Below are positions 22,038 to 31,518 of a DNA stretch of 64,000 nucleotides, in pieces. Origin of the DNA: Ruminococcus sp. (GTDB lineage: Bacteria; Bacillota; Clostridia; Oscillospirales; Ruminococcaceae); the NCBI GenBank assembly GCA_017622925.1, contig JAGAQC010000005.1, forward strand, positions 269 through 64,268. The letters run 5' to 3'. Under the pieces are notes generated by a model. It was not told the DNA's origin and made no database searches. It saw nothing but the letters and a program-made list of their open reading frames with translations. Position 1 is the stretch's first letter, and each line of letters begins with the position of its first letter. A program made the translations under genes and the position numbers.

Positions 22038-23291
22038 ATGTATGATATAAAAACAGACGAGCTGCCCGTAAAAGCAGTTCTTGCCTGCGTAGACATCGGC
22101 GAATTTAATGCCGAGGTCTCCATTGCAGAGTTGGCGGAGCTTGCGGAAACTGCAAACGCCGAAGTAGTCGGCGAGATAATACAGAAGAAAACCTCCTACG
22201 ACCCTGCGACCTGTATGGGCAGCGGACGTTTGGAGGAGCTTAAAGAACAGCTTGACGCACTTGACGCCGAGCTTGTTATTTTCGACCACGAGCTAACGGG
22301 CGTTCAGGTGCGAAATATCGAGGAAATTCTAAATGTTCGGGTCATTGACCGCACTACGCTGATACTCGATATATTTGCACAGCGCGCAAGAACAAAAGAG
22401 GGTAAGCTTCAGGTCGAGCTTGCTCAGCAAAAGTACCGTCTGCCCCGTCTTATCGGCATGGGTACTGCTTTGTCACGTCTTGGCGGAGGTATCGGAACAA
22501 GAGGTCCGGGTGAAACAAAGCTTGAAACGGACAAACGCCATATCCGAAAACGCATTTCATATCTTGAAGCTGAACTGGAGGAACTGAAAAAGCATCGTAA
22601 TTTCTCACGTTCACGCCGAAAAAAAGACGGCATACTTTGCGCCGCTATCGTTGGATATACTAATGTCGGTAAATCCACTCTTATGAACGCTCTTACAGAT
22701 GCAGGAGTTTTAGCTGAAAACAAGCTTTTTGCCACACTCGATATAACGTCGCGTTCTATTGAACTTCCCGACGGAAGAAGCGTTATGCTTGTAGATACTG
22801 TCGGACTTATCAGACGTCTGCCTCATAATCTTATCGAAGCGTTCAAGTCTACGCTGGAAGAAGCGGCGGCGGCTGATATTATCCTCAACGTACAGGACTT
22901 GTCCTCACGGGAGCGTGAACAGCAGGCAGAAGTTACGGCAAAGCTTCTTTCAGAGCTTGGCTGTGACGGCATACCCGTCATAAATGTAATGAATAAATCC
23001 GATGCTGCGTTGAACCTTGATACTGTCTTTGAGGACGACAGCACCGTTATAATATCTGCTCGTCATCACAGCGGATTTGAGCGTCTGCTGAACTGTATTA
23101 TGAAAAATCTTCCCGAAACGGCTAAACGTATGAAACTGCGCATTCCATACGAAAATACGGCTTTTATCAATCGTATCCGTTCCGAGGGAAAGATTTTTTC
23201 GGAGGAATACACCGAAAGCGGAACTCTTATTGACGCTCTTGTCGATATTAAATTGGTCAAAGACGCTGAAAAGTATTTATCGGAAAATTAA
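22038..23291 (+). CDS. hflX: Ribosome-splitting GTPase HflX
   Basis: LILDIFAQRA, GGIGTRGPGET, GYTNVGKS, LFATLD, DTVG, NKSD. Confidence 0.97.
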   Translation: MYDIKTDELPVKAVLACVDIGEFNAEVSIAELAELAETANAEVVGEIIQKKTSYDPATCMGSGRLEELKEQLDALDAELVIFDHELTGVQVRNIEEILNVRVIDRTTLILDIFAQRARTKEGKLQVELAQQKYRLPRLIGMGTALSRLGGGIGTRGPGETKLETDKRHIRKRISYLEAELEELKKHRNFSRSRRKKDGILCAAIVGYTNVGKSTLMNALTDAGVLAENKLFATLDITSRSIELPDGRSVMLVDTVGLIRRLPHNLIEAFKSTLEEAAAADIILNVQDLSSREREQQAEVTAKLLSELGCDGIPVINVMNKSDAALNLDTVFEDDSTVIISARHHSGFERLLNCIMKNLPETAKRMKLRIPYENTAFINRIRSEGKIFSEEYTESGTLIDALVDIKLVKDAEKYLSEN

Positions 23292-23297
23292 TTGATC

Positions 23298-23410
23298 AGG
23301 AGGACAAAATGGTATTATGTATTGACAAAGCTCTGTGCAGGGTTTGACGGAACAGACCTGTACAGAGCGGAATAGTCTATCTGTCTGTTCCGAATTGCCT
23401 TGCACACCGA
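23298..23410 (+). promoter_or_regulatory. Putative leader-peptide attenuator (MVLCIDKALCRV*, 23309-23347)
   Basis: RBS AGGAGG before a 12-codon ORF; mutually exclusive helices GCTCTGTGCAGG/CCTGTACAGAGC and CGGAACAGAC/GTCTGTTCCG. Confidence 0.6.
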
Positions 23411-23440
23411 CTAATAAAATTATGTTAGGAGTAAGGTAAA

Positions 23441-24736
23441 ATGAAAAAAATATTTAATTCTATCACTGAAATGGGCAGTTTTCTCGCCCTTTGGTCAAGT
23501 CAGTCATTCTCAGCTTTGGGAAGCGCGATGACTGCGTATGCGCTCGTAATATGGTCGTATAAACAAGAAGGCTCTGCTTTAATGACAGCTCTTCTGATGG
23601 TTTCTTCATATGCGCCATACGTCATTTTCAGCATTTTTGCAGGCACGCTGTCCGACAGGTGGAACAAAAAAACGGTCATGCTCGTGTGCGACAGCGTTGC
23701 GGCTGCAACGACCGTGGCTGTGCTTATTCTGCTTGAAGCGGAAAAGCTCGAAATATGGCACATCTACATAATAAATGCAATAGGCGGACTTATGAACACG
23801 GTCCAGCAGCCTGCGTCGGAAGTAGCGGTAACACGTCTTCTGCCAAAGAAATACTATCAGAAAGTCGGCGGACTTCGGTACTTATCCAATTCGCTCAACA
23901 CAATATTCACTCCGATGATCGCAACGGCTTTTATGGGATTTTTCGGAATGAGATCGGTCATTTTCTTTGACCTTGTTACTTTCAGCACAGCTTTCATTGT
24001 TCTGCTGCTGTTTATAAAAATTCCCGAAACGGATAAAGAAAACACTAACAATGAAAAATACCTTGAATCAGTTAAAAAAGGCATAAAATGGCTTTCGGCA
24101 AACAAAGGTATATTATACCTGATATTATTTCTTTCTTCTATAAATCTTGTAGCTTCAATGTATGATGCAGCGTTCCCTGCTATGATGCTTTCAAGAACAG
24201 GCGGTTCTGAAAGGAATATGGGGATAGTTAATACCGTCATTGGGATTTCAACGCTTTTGGGCAGCATTATTGCATCGGTTTCTAAAACTCCAAAAAATCG
24301 CGTCAAGGTTATCTGTAATTGCCTGCTTCTTTCCATGAGTACGGAAAACCTAATGCTTGCATTCGGACGGAATGTATGGATATGGAGTATCGCAGGTTTT
24401 CTCGGGTGGATCGCAATTCCTATTATGAATACCAATCTCGACGCGCTTATGAGACTTAATATTCCCGATGAAATGCAGGGCAGAATTTATTCTGTGAGAA
24501 ATTCATTACAGTTTTTTACTATACCTATCGGATATTTTGTGGGCGGATTTGCGGTTGACCGCATATTTGAGCCGATCATGACGAAACAGGAAAACAACCT
24601 CCTTACAGCATTTTTCGGTACGGGCAAAGGCAGCGGCGCGGCTCTGTTTTTCTTTACGATAGCCTTTGTCGGAATTGCAGTATGCCTGTATTTCCGTAAT
24701 AACAAGCACATCAAAAATATCAGCCGCAGCCAATAA
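23441..24736 (+). CDS. MFS efflux transporter (Mef/DHA3-like)
   Basis: LWSSQSFSALGS, GTLSDRWNKK, IPDEMQGR; multiple TM helices. Confidence 0.9.
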   Translation: MKKIFNSITEMGSFLALWSSQSFSALGSAMTAYALVIWSYKQEGSALMTALLMVSSYAPYVIFSIFAGTLSDRWNKKTVMLVCDSVAAATTVAVLILLEAEKLEIWHIYIINAIGGLMNTVQQPASEVAVTRLLPKKYYQKVGGLRYLSNSLNTIFTPMIATAFMGFFGMRSVIFFDLVTFSTAFIVLLLFIKIPETDKENTNNEKYLESVKKGIKWLSANKGILYLILFLSSINLVASMYDAAFPAMMLSRTGGSERNMGIVNTVIGISTLLGSIIASVSKTPKNRVKVICNCLLLSMSTENLMLAFGRNVWIWSIAGFLGWIAIPIMNTNLDALMRLNIPDEMQGRIYSVRNSLQFFTIPIGYFVGGFAVDRIFEPIMTKQENNLLTAFFGTGKGSGAALFFFTIAFVGIAVCLYFRNNKHIKNISRSQ

Positions 24737-24754
24737 TGATTTAAATTCTTGAAA

Positions 24755-24800
24755 AAAACGCCATAATACTAATGATCTCTCATTGGTACTATGGCGTTTT
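24755..24800. terminator. Bidirectional terminator
   Basis: AAAACGCCATA...TATGGCGTTTT between convergent genes. Confidence 0.75.
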
Positions 24801-24819
24801 ATTATATATAAAAAACTTT

Positions 24820-25830
24820 TTAAAGCAGCGTTATTCCGTGTTCGCTGCACTTGCGTATCATTTCATCAGTCCAGATAGACGACTGAACCTCTCCGATATG
24901 CGCCTTGTTAAGAAGCAGCATGCAAAGTCTTGATTGACCGATACCTCCGCCTATTGTGAGCGGCAAAGTATCATTTGCTATCATTTTATGATAGTCATAC
25001 TGCATTCTGTCCTCGGCATTACACTCCGCAAGCTGAGTTTTTAATGACTCCGCGTCAACACGTATTCCCATTGACGACACTTCAAGCGAATCGTCAAGAA
25101 CGCTGTCCCAGATCAGAATGTCTCCATTCAATGCCCAGTCGTCATAATCGGGCGCTCTGCCGTCATGCTTTTCACCGTTTGCAAGCTTTCCGCCGATTCC
25201 CATAAGAAATACCGTCTTGTGTTCCATTGTAATAAGACGTTCACGCTCATGGGACGTCTTATCGGGGTATCTGTCGGCTAATTCCTGAGTAGTGATAAAA
25301 TACGGTTCTTCGCAGATAGTTCCTGCAATGTCGGGATAACGCAGTCCGACCTTACGTTTAGTGTAGGAGATAGCTTTTACGACCGATTTTACAGTCTCTT
25401 TTAAGAAATCAATATTGCGCTGTTCCTTTGTAATGACTTTTTCCCAGTCCCACTGGTCAACAAAGATAGAATGGGTATTGTCGGTATCGTCATCACGGCG
25501 AATAGCGTTCATATCGGTATAAATGCCCTCCCCCGCCTTGTAGCCGTAACGATAAAGAGCCATACGCTTCCATTTTGCAAGGGACTGAACCACTTCACCC
25601 TCACTGTCTATTTCCTTGATCGAAAAGTCAACCTTGCGTTCCACACCATTGAGATCGTCGTTGATACCGCTGCCCTTTTTCACGATAAGCGGAGCAGATA
25701 CACGGTCAAGCGTAAGTGCAAACGAAAGCGACTGCTGAAAAATATCCTTGATATATTTAATTGCGTGCTGAGTTTCCCGTAATGTGAGAGCCGATTTGTA
25801 GCCCTCGGGAATATATAATGAACGTGACAT
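24820..25830 (-). CDS. asnA: Aspartate-ammonia ligase
   Basis: DDLNGVER, VQSLAKWKR, VDQWDWE, HDGRAPDYDDW, TIGGGIGQSR. Confidence 0.97.
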   Translation of the reverse strand: MSRSLYIPEGYKSALTLRETQHAIKYIKDIFQQSLSFALTLDRVSAPLIVKKGSGINDDLNGVERKVDFSIKEIDSEGEVVQSLAKWKRMALYRYGYKAGEGIYTDMNAIRRDDDTDNTHSIFVDQWDWEKVITKEQRNIDFLKETVKSVVKAISYTKRKVGLRYPDIAGTICEEPYFITTQELADRYPDKTSHERERLITMEHKTVFLMGIGGKLANGEKHDGRAPDYDDWALNGDILIWDSVLDDSLEVSSMGIRVDAESLKTQLAECNAEDRMQYDYHKMIANDTLPLTIGGGIGQSRLCMLLLNKAHIGEVQSSIWTDEMIRKCSEHGITLL

Positions 25831-25852
25831 AGTAAGACCTCCCTTTAGTCAA

Positions 25853-27223
25853 TTATCTGATGCTGCCGACTGTTCTCGGATAGAGGATAACGTCCCTGAT
25901 ATTTGACATACCCGTAGTGTACATAATAAGTCTCTCGAAACCGAGTCCAAAGCCGCCGTGAGGTACTGAACCGAACTTTCTGAGATCAAGGTAATCTGCA
26001 TAAAGGTCAAGGTTCATATTTCTTTCTTTCATAGCAGCTATGAGCTTATCGTAGTCCGCTTCACGCTCACTTCCGCCGATTATTTCGCCTACGCCCGGAA
26101 CAAGAAGGTCAACAGCCGCAACAGTCTTGCCGTCGGAATTCTGCTTCATATAGAAGGACTTTATCTCCTTGGGATAATCAGTAACGAAAACAGCTTTCTT
26201 GAACACCTTTTCAGAAATATATCGCTCATGTTCCGTCTGGAGATCGCAGCCCCATTCTACAGGATATACGAAGTCCTCACCCGATTTTTTAAGAAGCTCT
26301 ATAGCCTCGGTGTAGGTAACTCTGCCAAATTCGTGAGAGATAAGCTCCTCAAGACGAGCTTTCAGCCCCTTTTCAAAGTGAGCGTCAAAGAATGCGATCT
26401 CGTCGGGACAAAGCTCAAGAAGCTGACCGATAACATATTTCAGCATATCCTCAGCTATTTCGATAACGTCCTCCAGCTCCGCAAAAGCGACCTCGGGTTC
26501 GATATGCCAAAATTCCGCAAGGTGCTTGGGAGTATTGCTGTTCTCCGCACGGAAACTTGGTCCGAAAGTATAAATTTTACCCATAGCTGTCGCAGCCATT
26601 TCGCCCTCAAGCTGACCTGAAACGGAAAGTCCTGCTTTTCTTCCGAAGAAATCGTTTGCGTAGTAGTCCTCCTCGGATTTAAACTCGGTGGTATATCCGT
26701 TTGTAGTTACTTGGAACATTTCGCCTGCGCCCTCGCAGTCGCTGCCCGTAATAAGCGGAGTGTTTATATAAACGTAGTTATGATTCTGGAAATATCTGTG
26801 GAGAGCAGCCGCAAGTACAGAACGTACACGCCATACAGCGTTGAACGTATTCGTTCTGCTTCTGAGATGCGGAATACCGCGGAGAAATTCAAGGCTATGA
26901 CCTTTCTTTTGCAGAGGATAATCCGTGGGACAGTCTCCCAGAACGGTAATTCCCTCGGGTAAGCAGTTTATCTCGACGGTATTGTTTCTGCCCTCAACGG
27001 CAGTTCCGACAACTTTAAGGGACATTCCGACACGAGGCTCTTTAAAATCGGACTCCCCCTTTTCAACAACGACCTGAACGTTTTTTAGCGAAGTTCCGTC
27101 ATTCAGTTCGACAAAGGCAACGCTTTTGGAGTTACGTGACGTGCGGACCCAACCGCAGACCGTTACCTCCTTGCCAACATAGTCCTTCGATGTGATAATT
27201 TCCTTGACATCAATGTGCTTCAT
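25853..27223 (-). CDS. asnS: Asparagine-tRNA ligase
   Basis: GWVRT, DCEGAGE, VSGQL, FRAENSNT, GEIIGGSERE, PHGGFGLGFER. Confidence 0.97.
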   Translation of the reverse strand: MKHIDVKEIITSKDYVGKEVTVCGWVRTSRNSKSVAFVELNDGTSLKNVQVVVEKGESDFKEPRVGMSLKVVGTAVEGRNNTVEINCLPEGITVLGDCPTDYPLQKKGHSLEFLRGIPHLRSRTNTFNAVWRVRSVLAAALHRYFQNHNYVYINTPLITGSDCEGAGEMFQVTTNGYTTEFKSEEDYYANDFFGRKAGLSVSGQLEGEMAATAMGKIYTFGPSFRAENSNTPKHLAEFWHIEPEVAFAELEDVIEIAEDMLKYVIGQLLELCPDEIAFFDAHFEKGLKARLEELISHEFGRVTYTEAIELLKKSGEDFVYPVEWGCDLQTEHERYISEKVFKKAVFVTDYPKEIKSFYMKQNSDGKTVAAVDLLVPGVGEIIGGSEREADYDKLIAAMKERNMNLDLYADYLDLRKFGSVPHGGFGLGFERLIMYTTGMSNIRDVILYPRTVGSIR

Positions 27224-27261
27224 AATGATCTTCCTTTCATAAAAGTGACGGGACGAGCATA

Positions 27262-27525
27262 ATAAAAAACCCCCGCCCCCAAAACAGGACGAGAGTCAAC
27301 CCGTGGTACCACCTGAAATTACCGCTCACAGCACATTTCTTATGCAAAAGCGATCACTCTTGTCCGCTGTAACGCGCGGAAAACGGCATCGCCTACTAAT
27401 CTTAAAAATTCAAGACTTTCAGCTTGCTGCTCGGGAGTGTTCTTCACATCGGCTCTGATACACGGCTCGCACCAACCCATGCTCTCTGAAATCGAATACC
27501 AACGCTACTTGTCTCCGTCATTGCA
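27262..27525 (-). ncRNA. T-box riboswitch, Asn specifier (AAC)
   Basis: Minus strand GA motif, AGTA, CAGAGAG, GGTGCGA, specifier GAAGAACACTCC, T-box AGGTGGTACCACGG, terminator CTCTCGTCC...GGGCGGGGGTTTTTT. Confidence 0.93.
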
Positions 27526-27538
27526 TTTAATTATATGT

Positions 27539-27567
27539 ATTATATCATCATTTCAATGATTTGTCAA
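27539..27567 (-). promoter_or_regulatory. SigA promoter of the asnS leader
   Basis: TTGACA-17 bp-TATAAT on the minus strand. Confidence 0.85.
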
Positions 27568-27598
27568 TAGTTTTTTGAAATTTTTTTATCGGCAAATC

Positions 27599-27626
27599 AA
27601 AAAGCCCCGACTTATATCGAGGCTTT
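27599..27626 (-). terminator. Intrinsic terminator of the large ncRNA candidate
   Basis: AAAGCCTCGA-TATAAG-TCGGGGCTTTTT on the minus strand. Confidence 0.8.
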
Positions 27627-27629
27627 ATA

Positions 27630-28197
27630 TAGTATTCAATTTTAATTGTTAAGCGACTTTCATCACTTGGCTAAATTACCTGTTGGAATCATCCTTTCGC
27701 CTTAAATTTTAAGCATAGGATCTCTCATGATATATCACATTCCTTCAAGAAAATTAAGCAATTCAACAATTACATTTCCATTGGAGCGTACCTCTTGTGA
27801 AATTTTTTCGCCCGACCGTTACCGAGCTATGTTGGATGAATAATTAACTTCTCATTGGACTCAACCTTTACATTAGAATTGGTGATTTATCTAAAGACTC
27901 ACGTCGAAATTTCAGATAATCCTGTACCCTAACTGAGCTTAGATCGAAGTCGTTATTTTACTGCATTACGTATGTTATACGATCAAATCATATTTCATCT
28001 TCAATTAACGGAACAAGTCCAAAGACCTATATTCCCACTTTTTTGATCTGAACGCTTACATTACGCCGACTTCACGCTGTGATTCGATAGAACTCTCCAT
28101 CGGACTCACTTACCTTTCCGCTTAGAATAATTTACATTGAGAATTTCTCAAACCAAGTAAATTTCGCTTGAGTAAATCTTGTTTACTCCTTTTCCTT
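27630..28197 (-). ncRNA. Large (~570-600 nt) highly structured ncRNA candidate, ROOL-like
   Basis: ORF-free unit between a consensus promoter and a terminator, with at least 10 nested helices and a GAAA tetraloop. Family assignment is inferred from size and taxon only. Confidence 0.7.
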
Positions 28198-28203
28198 GAT
28201 TAT

Positions 28204-28232
28204 ATAATACCACATATTTCGGTAAAAGTCAA
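28204..28232 (-). promoter_or_regulatory. SigA promoter of the ncRNA candidate
   Basis: TTGACT-17 bp-TATTAT with TG extension (TGgTATTAT). Confidence 0.75.
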
Positions 28233-28422
28233 TAGTAATTTTCAAATTTCTTCTCAATTTTAATACATTTTGTAGATATACACAAATTGACCGCTTGCTT
28301 ATTGTCTAAATTAACGAATAGCAAATAAAATTTCGGAAATTACTTGCATTTACTATAAAAATATAGTATAATAAATTTATATGAATTATTTTATATGAAT
28401 ATTTTATAGGGAGAGTTTAATT

Positions 28423-29184
28423 ATGCCGTTTTGTTCCAACTGCGGCAGACAGCTTGAAGAAAACGAAGTCTGTAACTGCCGAAATCAGCAAAATACCGCT
28501 CAAAACCAAACACCGCCTCCGCCGCCGAACGTCAATGTTCAGCCGGGATTTCAGCAGTACGACCAATACGGACGTCCGCTGTTTACTCCGCAGGGTCAGC
28601 CGATCTACTATGACGCTCAGGGCAATGCGATAGTCGGGGGTCAGAAAAAGAAAAACAAGTCCGGCTGTATAATCGCTCTTTGCGTGGCTCTGTTTGTTTT
28701 TCTTATCATGGGAGCTGTTCTTGCAGCTATACTTGTTCCGGCAATGCTCGGATATGTAAGGAAATCTAAGGTACATTCCGCAAATACAAACGCAAAAACT
28801 ATTGCAGTGCAATTTGACAGCGCGCTTACGGATATTGAAGAACAAGGAACGCCAATAGGCGGAAAATATATTATCTGCTCCGACAGTTCGGATAATGTAA
28901 TTCTTGATATTTCTGAGGGCTTCAGCGTTGATACTTTGTATTCCAAAGCTAAGCTGTACGGCACTACAACATCAGATTATGACTGGTTTGTTGTCATCGA
29001 AAACGGTAAGGTCGCATACGCCGCAGCCGAATCCTCCGGCGATGAAGATGATTATGTAGGTACATACCCCGCTTTGTCAGACACAAAGAGAGGCTCGCCG
29101 ACTTACGGAGGTTCGTACATAAATAACATTGACGTTGATCTTGACGATCTGTACGATAAGGCTCTTGAAGCGTTCTATTATTAA
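28423..29184 (+). CDS. Zinc-ribbon, P/Q-rich, pilin-like membrane protein
   Basis: MPFCSNCG...CNC, P/Q-rich linker, TM ending VLAAILVPAMLGYVRKSK...ANTNAK as in type IV pilin alpha1. Confidence 0.8.
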   Translation: MPFCSNCGRQLEENEVCNCRNQQNTAQNQTPPPPPNVNVQPGFQQYDQYGRPLFTPQGQPIYYDAQGNAIVGGQKKKNKSGCIIALCVALFVFLIMGAVLAAILVPAMLGYVRKSKVHSANTNAKTIAVQFDSALTDIEEQGTPIGGKYIICSDSSDNVILDISEGFSVDTLYSKAKLYGTTTSDYDWFVVIENGKVAYAAAESSGDEDDYVGTYPALSDTKRGSPTYGGSYINNIDVDLDDLYDKALEAFYY

Positions 29185-29201
29185 TTATTAAAGTCATAAC
29201 A

Positions 29202-29229
29202 AAAAAGCAGTCCGAAAGGGCTGCTTTTT
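29202..29229. terminator. Bidirectional terminator
   Basis: AAAAAGCAGTCC-GAAA-GGGCTGCTTTTT. Confidence 0.8.
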
Positions 29230-29392
29230 AGAGTCTGTTGAGTATCTCGACGTGTGCGGATTTTCGAGCGTAATTTTGTCGAAGTCAAGGAAAAAATTTG
29301 CAGGCATACTTTGTGTATGGCAAAGATTTTTGACGCAGGATTCGGCAAAATTTGCCGAAAAGACGTACGCAGGGAGATACTGAACAGGCTCT
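29230..29392. mobile_element. MITE-like element family A copy 2 (inverted relative to copy 1)
   Basis: AGAGTCTGTTGAGTATCTC...GAGATACTGAACAGGCTCT; body is the reverse complement of 1101-1262. Confidence 0.85.
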
Positions 29393-29393
29393 C

Positions 29394-29627
29394 CTATTCA
29401 AATGAATCAAGGTCAATTTCCGAGAGCAGATCTTTAAGCGACGCAAGCTCGTCTGCTGTAAGAGTAACTCCCTTACCCATTCTGGAATGATCGGGCGACC
29501 AGTCACGAATGTCATACTTCGGATCATGCTCGTTCCAGCTAACAAGATTCAGCTCCTTTGTCCAGCCTTTCGCATTTTCCGAAAGAACTCCCAGTGATTC
29601 TGTGATCTCAAATTTTAATTCTGCCAT
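29394..29627 (-). CDS. YdbC/PC4-like ssDNA-binding protein
   Basis: GWTKELNLVSWN, KYDIRDW, RMGKGVTL. Confidence 0.9.
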   Translation of the reverse strand: MAELKFEITESLGVLSENAKGWTKELNLVSWNEHDPKYDIRDWSPDHSRMGKGVTLTADELASLKDLLSEIDLDSFE

Positions 29628-29792
29628 ATTGCTTCTCCTATCTTTTGTAATTTGGGGATAAATTCCGCCAAAACTATTTTACCACATTATTTCTTTTTTG
29701 TCTACCAATTAATAAATATTTGACATTCTCGCCAAAAAATGATATAATAAATTATAACCTTTCAGCGAATTGGGGATTTGGAGCGCAACAGC

Positions 29793-30563
29793 ATGAAACA
29801 ATTTAAAATTATCGCAACGCCGAAATTAATAGGCTATCTTATAAAATTTATTCTGAGGATAGCAGCTTTCGGAACAATGTTATTTCTGTACATAAGAAAT
29901 AGAGCCGAGCTTTACAGATATACTGTAGCCTCACCAAAAAACGGCATAAATTTTATGCACATTATGTGGGCTGTATTTATGCTACTTATGCTGCTGCACC
30001 TGTTTCCATCAAAAATAACGTCTATGGGCGCAAGCAAAAGTAAAAAATCTAACTATTCTCCCGTACCCGAACATTCTGAAACAGAACTGCTGAAATATAT
30101 ACATAATGAAAACGTCAAAGCTTGGCGGTGCATGTTATGCTGGCTTATTGGAAACGCTTTGATAGGAGTTCTCTATTACTGCGGAGTTCTCGGAAAATCT
30201 GAGCTTCTGCTCATAACAGGATTTTATTTTTTGAGCGACTACGTTTGCATACTGATATTCTGTCCGTTTCAGACCTTTGGTCAAAAAAGCCGCTGCTGCA
30301 TAAACTGCCGAATTTACGACTGGGGACATTTTTTCATGTTCACTCCTATGCTGTTCATTGACACGTTCTACAGCCGCAGTCTTTTTTTCATGGGAGCGGC
30401 TGTGATAATCCGCTGGGAATTTATGTGGACAACTCACCCCGAGCGTTTTTGGCACGGTTCTAATCAGGCGCTCAACTGTAGTAACTGCCGTGACAAAACG
30501 TGTCAGATAAAACAGCGTTTCACAAAATATGCGGAACAGCTTATTAATAAAAAAACAAACTAA
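29793..30563 (+). CDS. Hypothetical membrane protein with Cys clusters
   Basis: Multiple TMs; CPFQ, RCCINCRIYDW, CSNCRDKTC. Confidence 0.8.
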   Translation: MKQFKIIATPKLIGYLIKFILRIAAFGTMLFLYIRNRAELYRYTVASPKNGINFMHIMWAVFMLLMLLHLFPSKITSMGASKSKKSNYSPVPEHSETELLKYIHNENVKAWRCMLCWLIGNALIGVLYYCGVLGKSELLLITGFYFLSDYVCILIFCPFQTFGQKSRCCINCRIYDWGHFFMFTPMLFIDTFYSRSLFFMGAAVIIRWEFMWTTHPERFWHGSNQALNCSNCRDKTCQIKQRFTKYAEQLINKKTN

Positions 30564-31417
30564 TCACGCCACATTCTGCGATAAGCGAAACAGGTAAGAT
30601 TTTCCGCTTTTTTGAACTGCCGTACAAAGTAGCTCTGGTCGTTAAAGCCGCACAGATGCGCTATTTCTTCTACCGAGTTGTCGGAAAACCGCAGAAGATG
30701 TTTTCCGTAATTTATACGGCATGTAATGATATGCTGAAAGATCGTCCGTCCGTAAATTTTTTTGTATTCCCTTGAAAGATAGTATTTGCTTATGTAAAAT
30801 TCAGAGGATAACCGCTCAAGGGTCAGGTCTTCTTTGAAATGCTCCTCGATGTAAATATTTACAGCCAATATCTTCTGCTTTAAGGCTGAATCCGCCTGTT
30901 CCGCCGCGCATGTGGTAGTCAAAGCAACGGTGAGAAGCTGAACTATCAGACCCGAAGTCAAAGCCTCCGCATTCGGATTTTTCTGCTCGTTGCAATTGAT
31001 TATCTCCGACAATGCGGCAGTCACCTTCTCAAACGTGATCGGGTGAAATACGTTCTTTGACTGAGCTGCAAAATTCTCGTAATACTGCATGGACGTAGCT
31101 CCGCTGAAATGCACCCACATCAGCTCCCACGGTTCTTCTGCCGAACTTTTATAGTAATGGGGAACACGGCAGTCGATAAGAAAACAGTCGCCCTTTCCGA
31201 GAGAATACGAATCATCTCCGAAGCTTAATTCGCCCTTGCCGTCCAAAACCGCCACATACAGCCATGAATCAAGATCGTGGCGATGCGTTTCCACCGTGTC
31301 CGTCTTTTTGATTATACCCGTTTCCTGAGCGTAAAAGAATGCGCTTTTTGCCGCAGGACTCGGAGTGCAGATTATTCTTTTTGAGACATTTTCCTTGTTG
31401 CTTCGATTCATTTGCAA
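30560..31417 (-). CDS. AraC-family transcriptional regulator
   Basis: Cupin N-domain (PWELMWVHF), ISKYYLSR, EIAHLCGFNDQSYFVRQFKK. Confidence 0.93.
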   Translation of the reverse strand: MQMNRSNKENVSKRIICTPSPAAKSAFFYAQETGIIKKTDTVETHRHDLDSWLYVAVLDGKGELSFGDDSYSLGKGDCFLIDCRVPHYYKSSAEEPWELMWVHFSGATSMQYYENFAAQSKNVFHPITFEKVTAALSEIINCNEQKNPNAEALTSGLIVQLLTVALTTTCAAEQADSALKQKILAVNIYIEEHFKEDLTLERLSSEFYISKYYLSREYKKIYGRTIFQHIITCRINYGKHLLRFSDNSVEEIAHLCGFNDQSYFVRQFKKAENLTCFAYRRMWRD

Positions 31418-31518
31418 AACTCTCCTTTGAATATATTGCTTTAATTATACCATATTAGTTCCAGAATTTCAACAGTCACGGAAATAAATTTCGACAAATA
31501 TTTTTTTAACGCGACACA

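Noticed and set aside
27630-28197. CRISPR array, tRNA cluster or protein gene in the asnS upstream gap
   Set aside because: No periodic direct repeats, no cloverleaf with a T-loop, and no long ORF; the AGGAG near the 5' end has no suitably placed start codon.
29254-29545. Short ORFs overlapping the MITE-like repeats (also 31846-32100, 33628-34047, 40082-40282, 51757-51978)
   Set aside because: Translations of repeat sequence with no transposase motifs.
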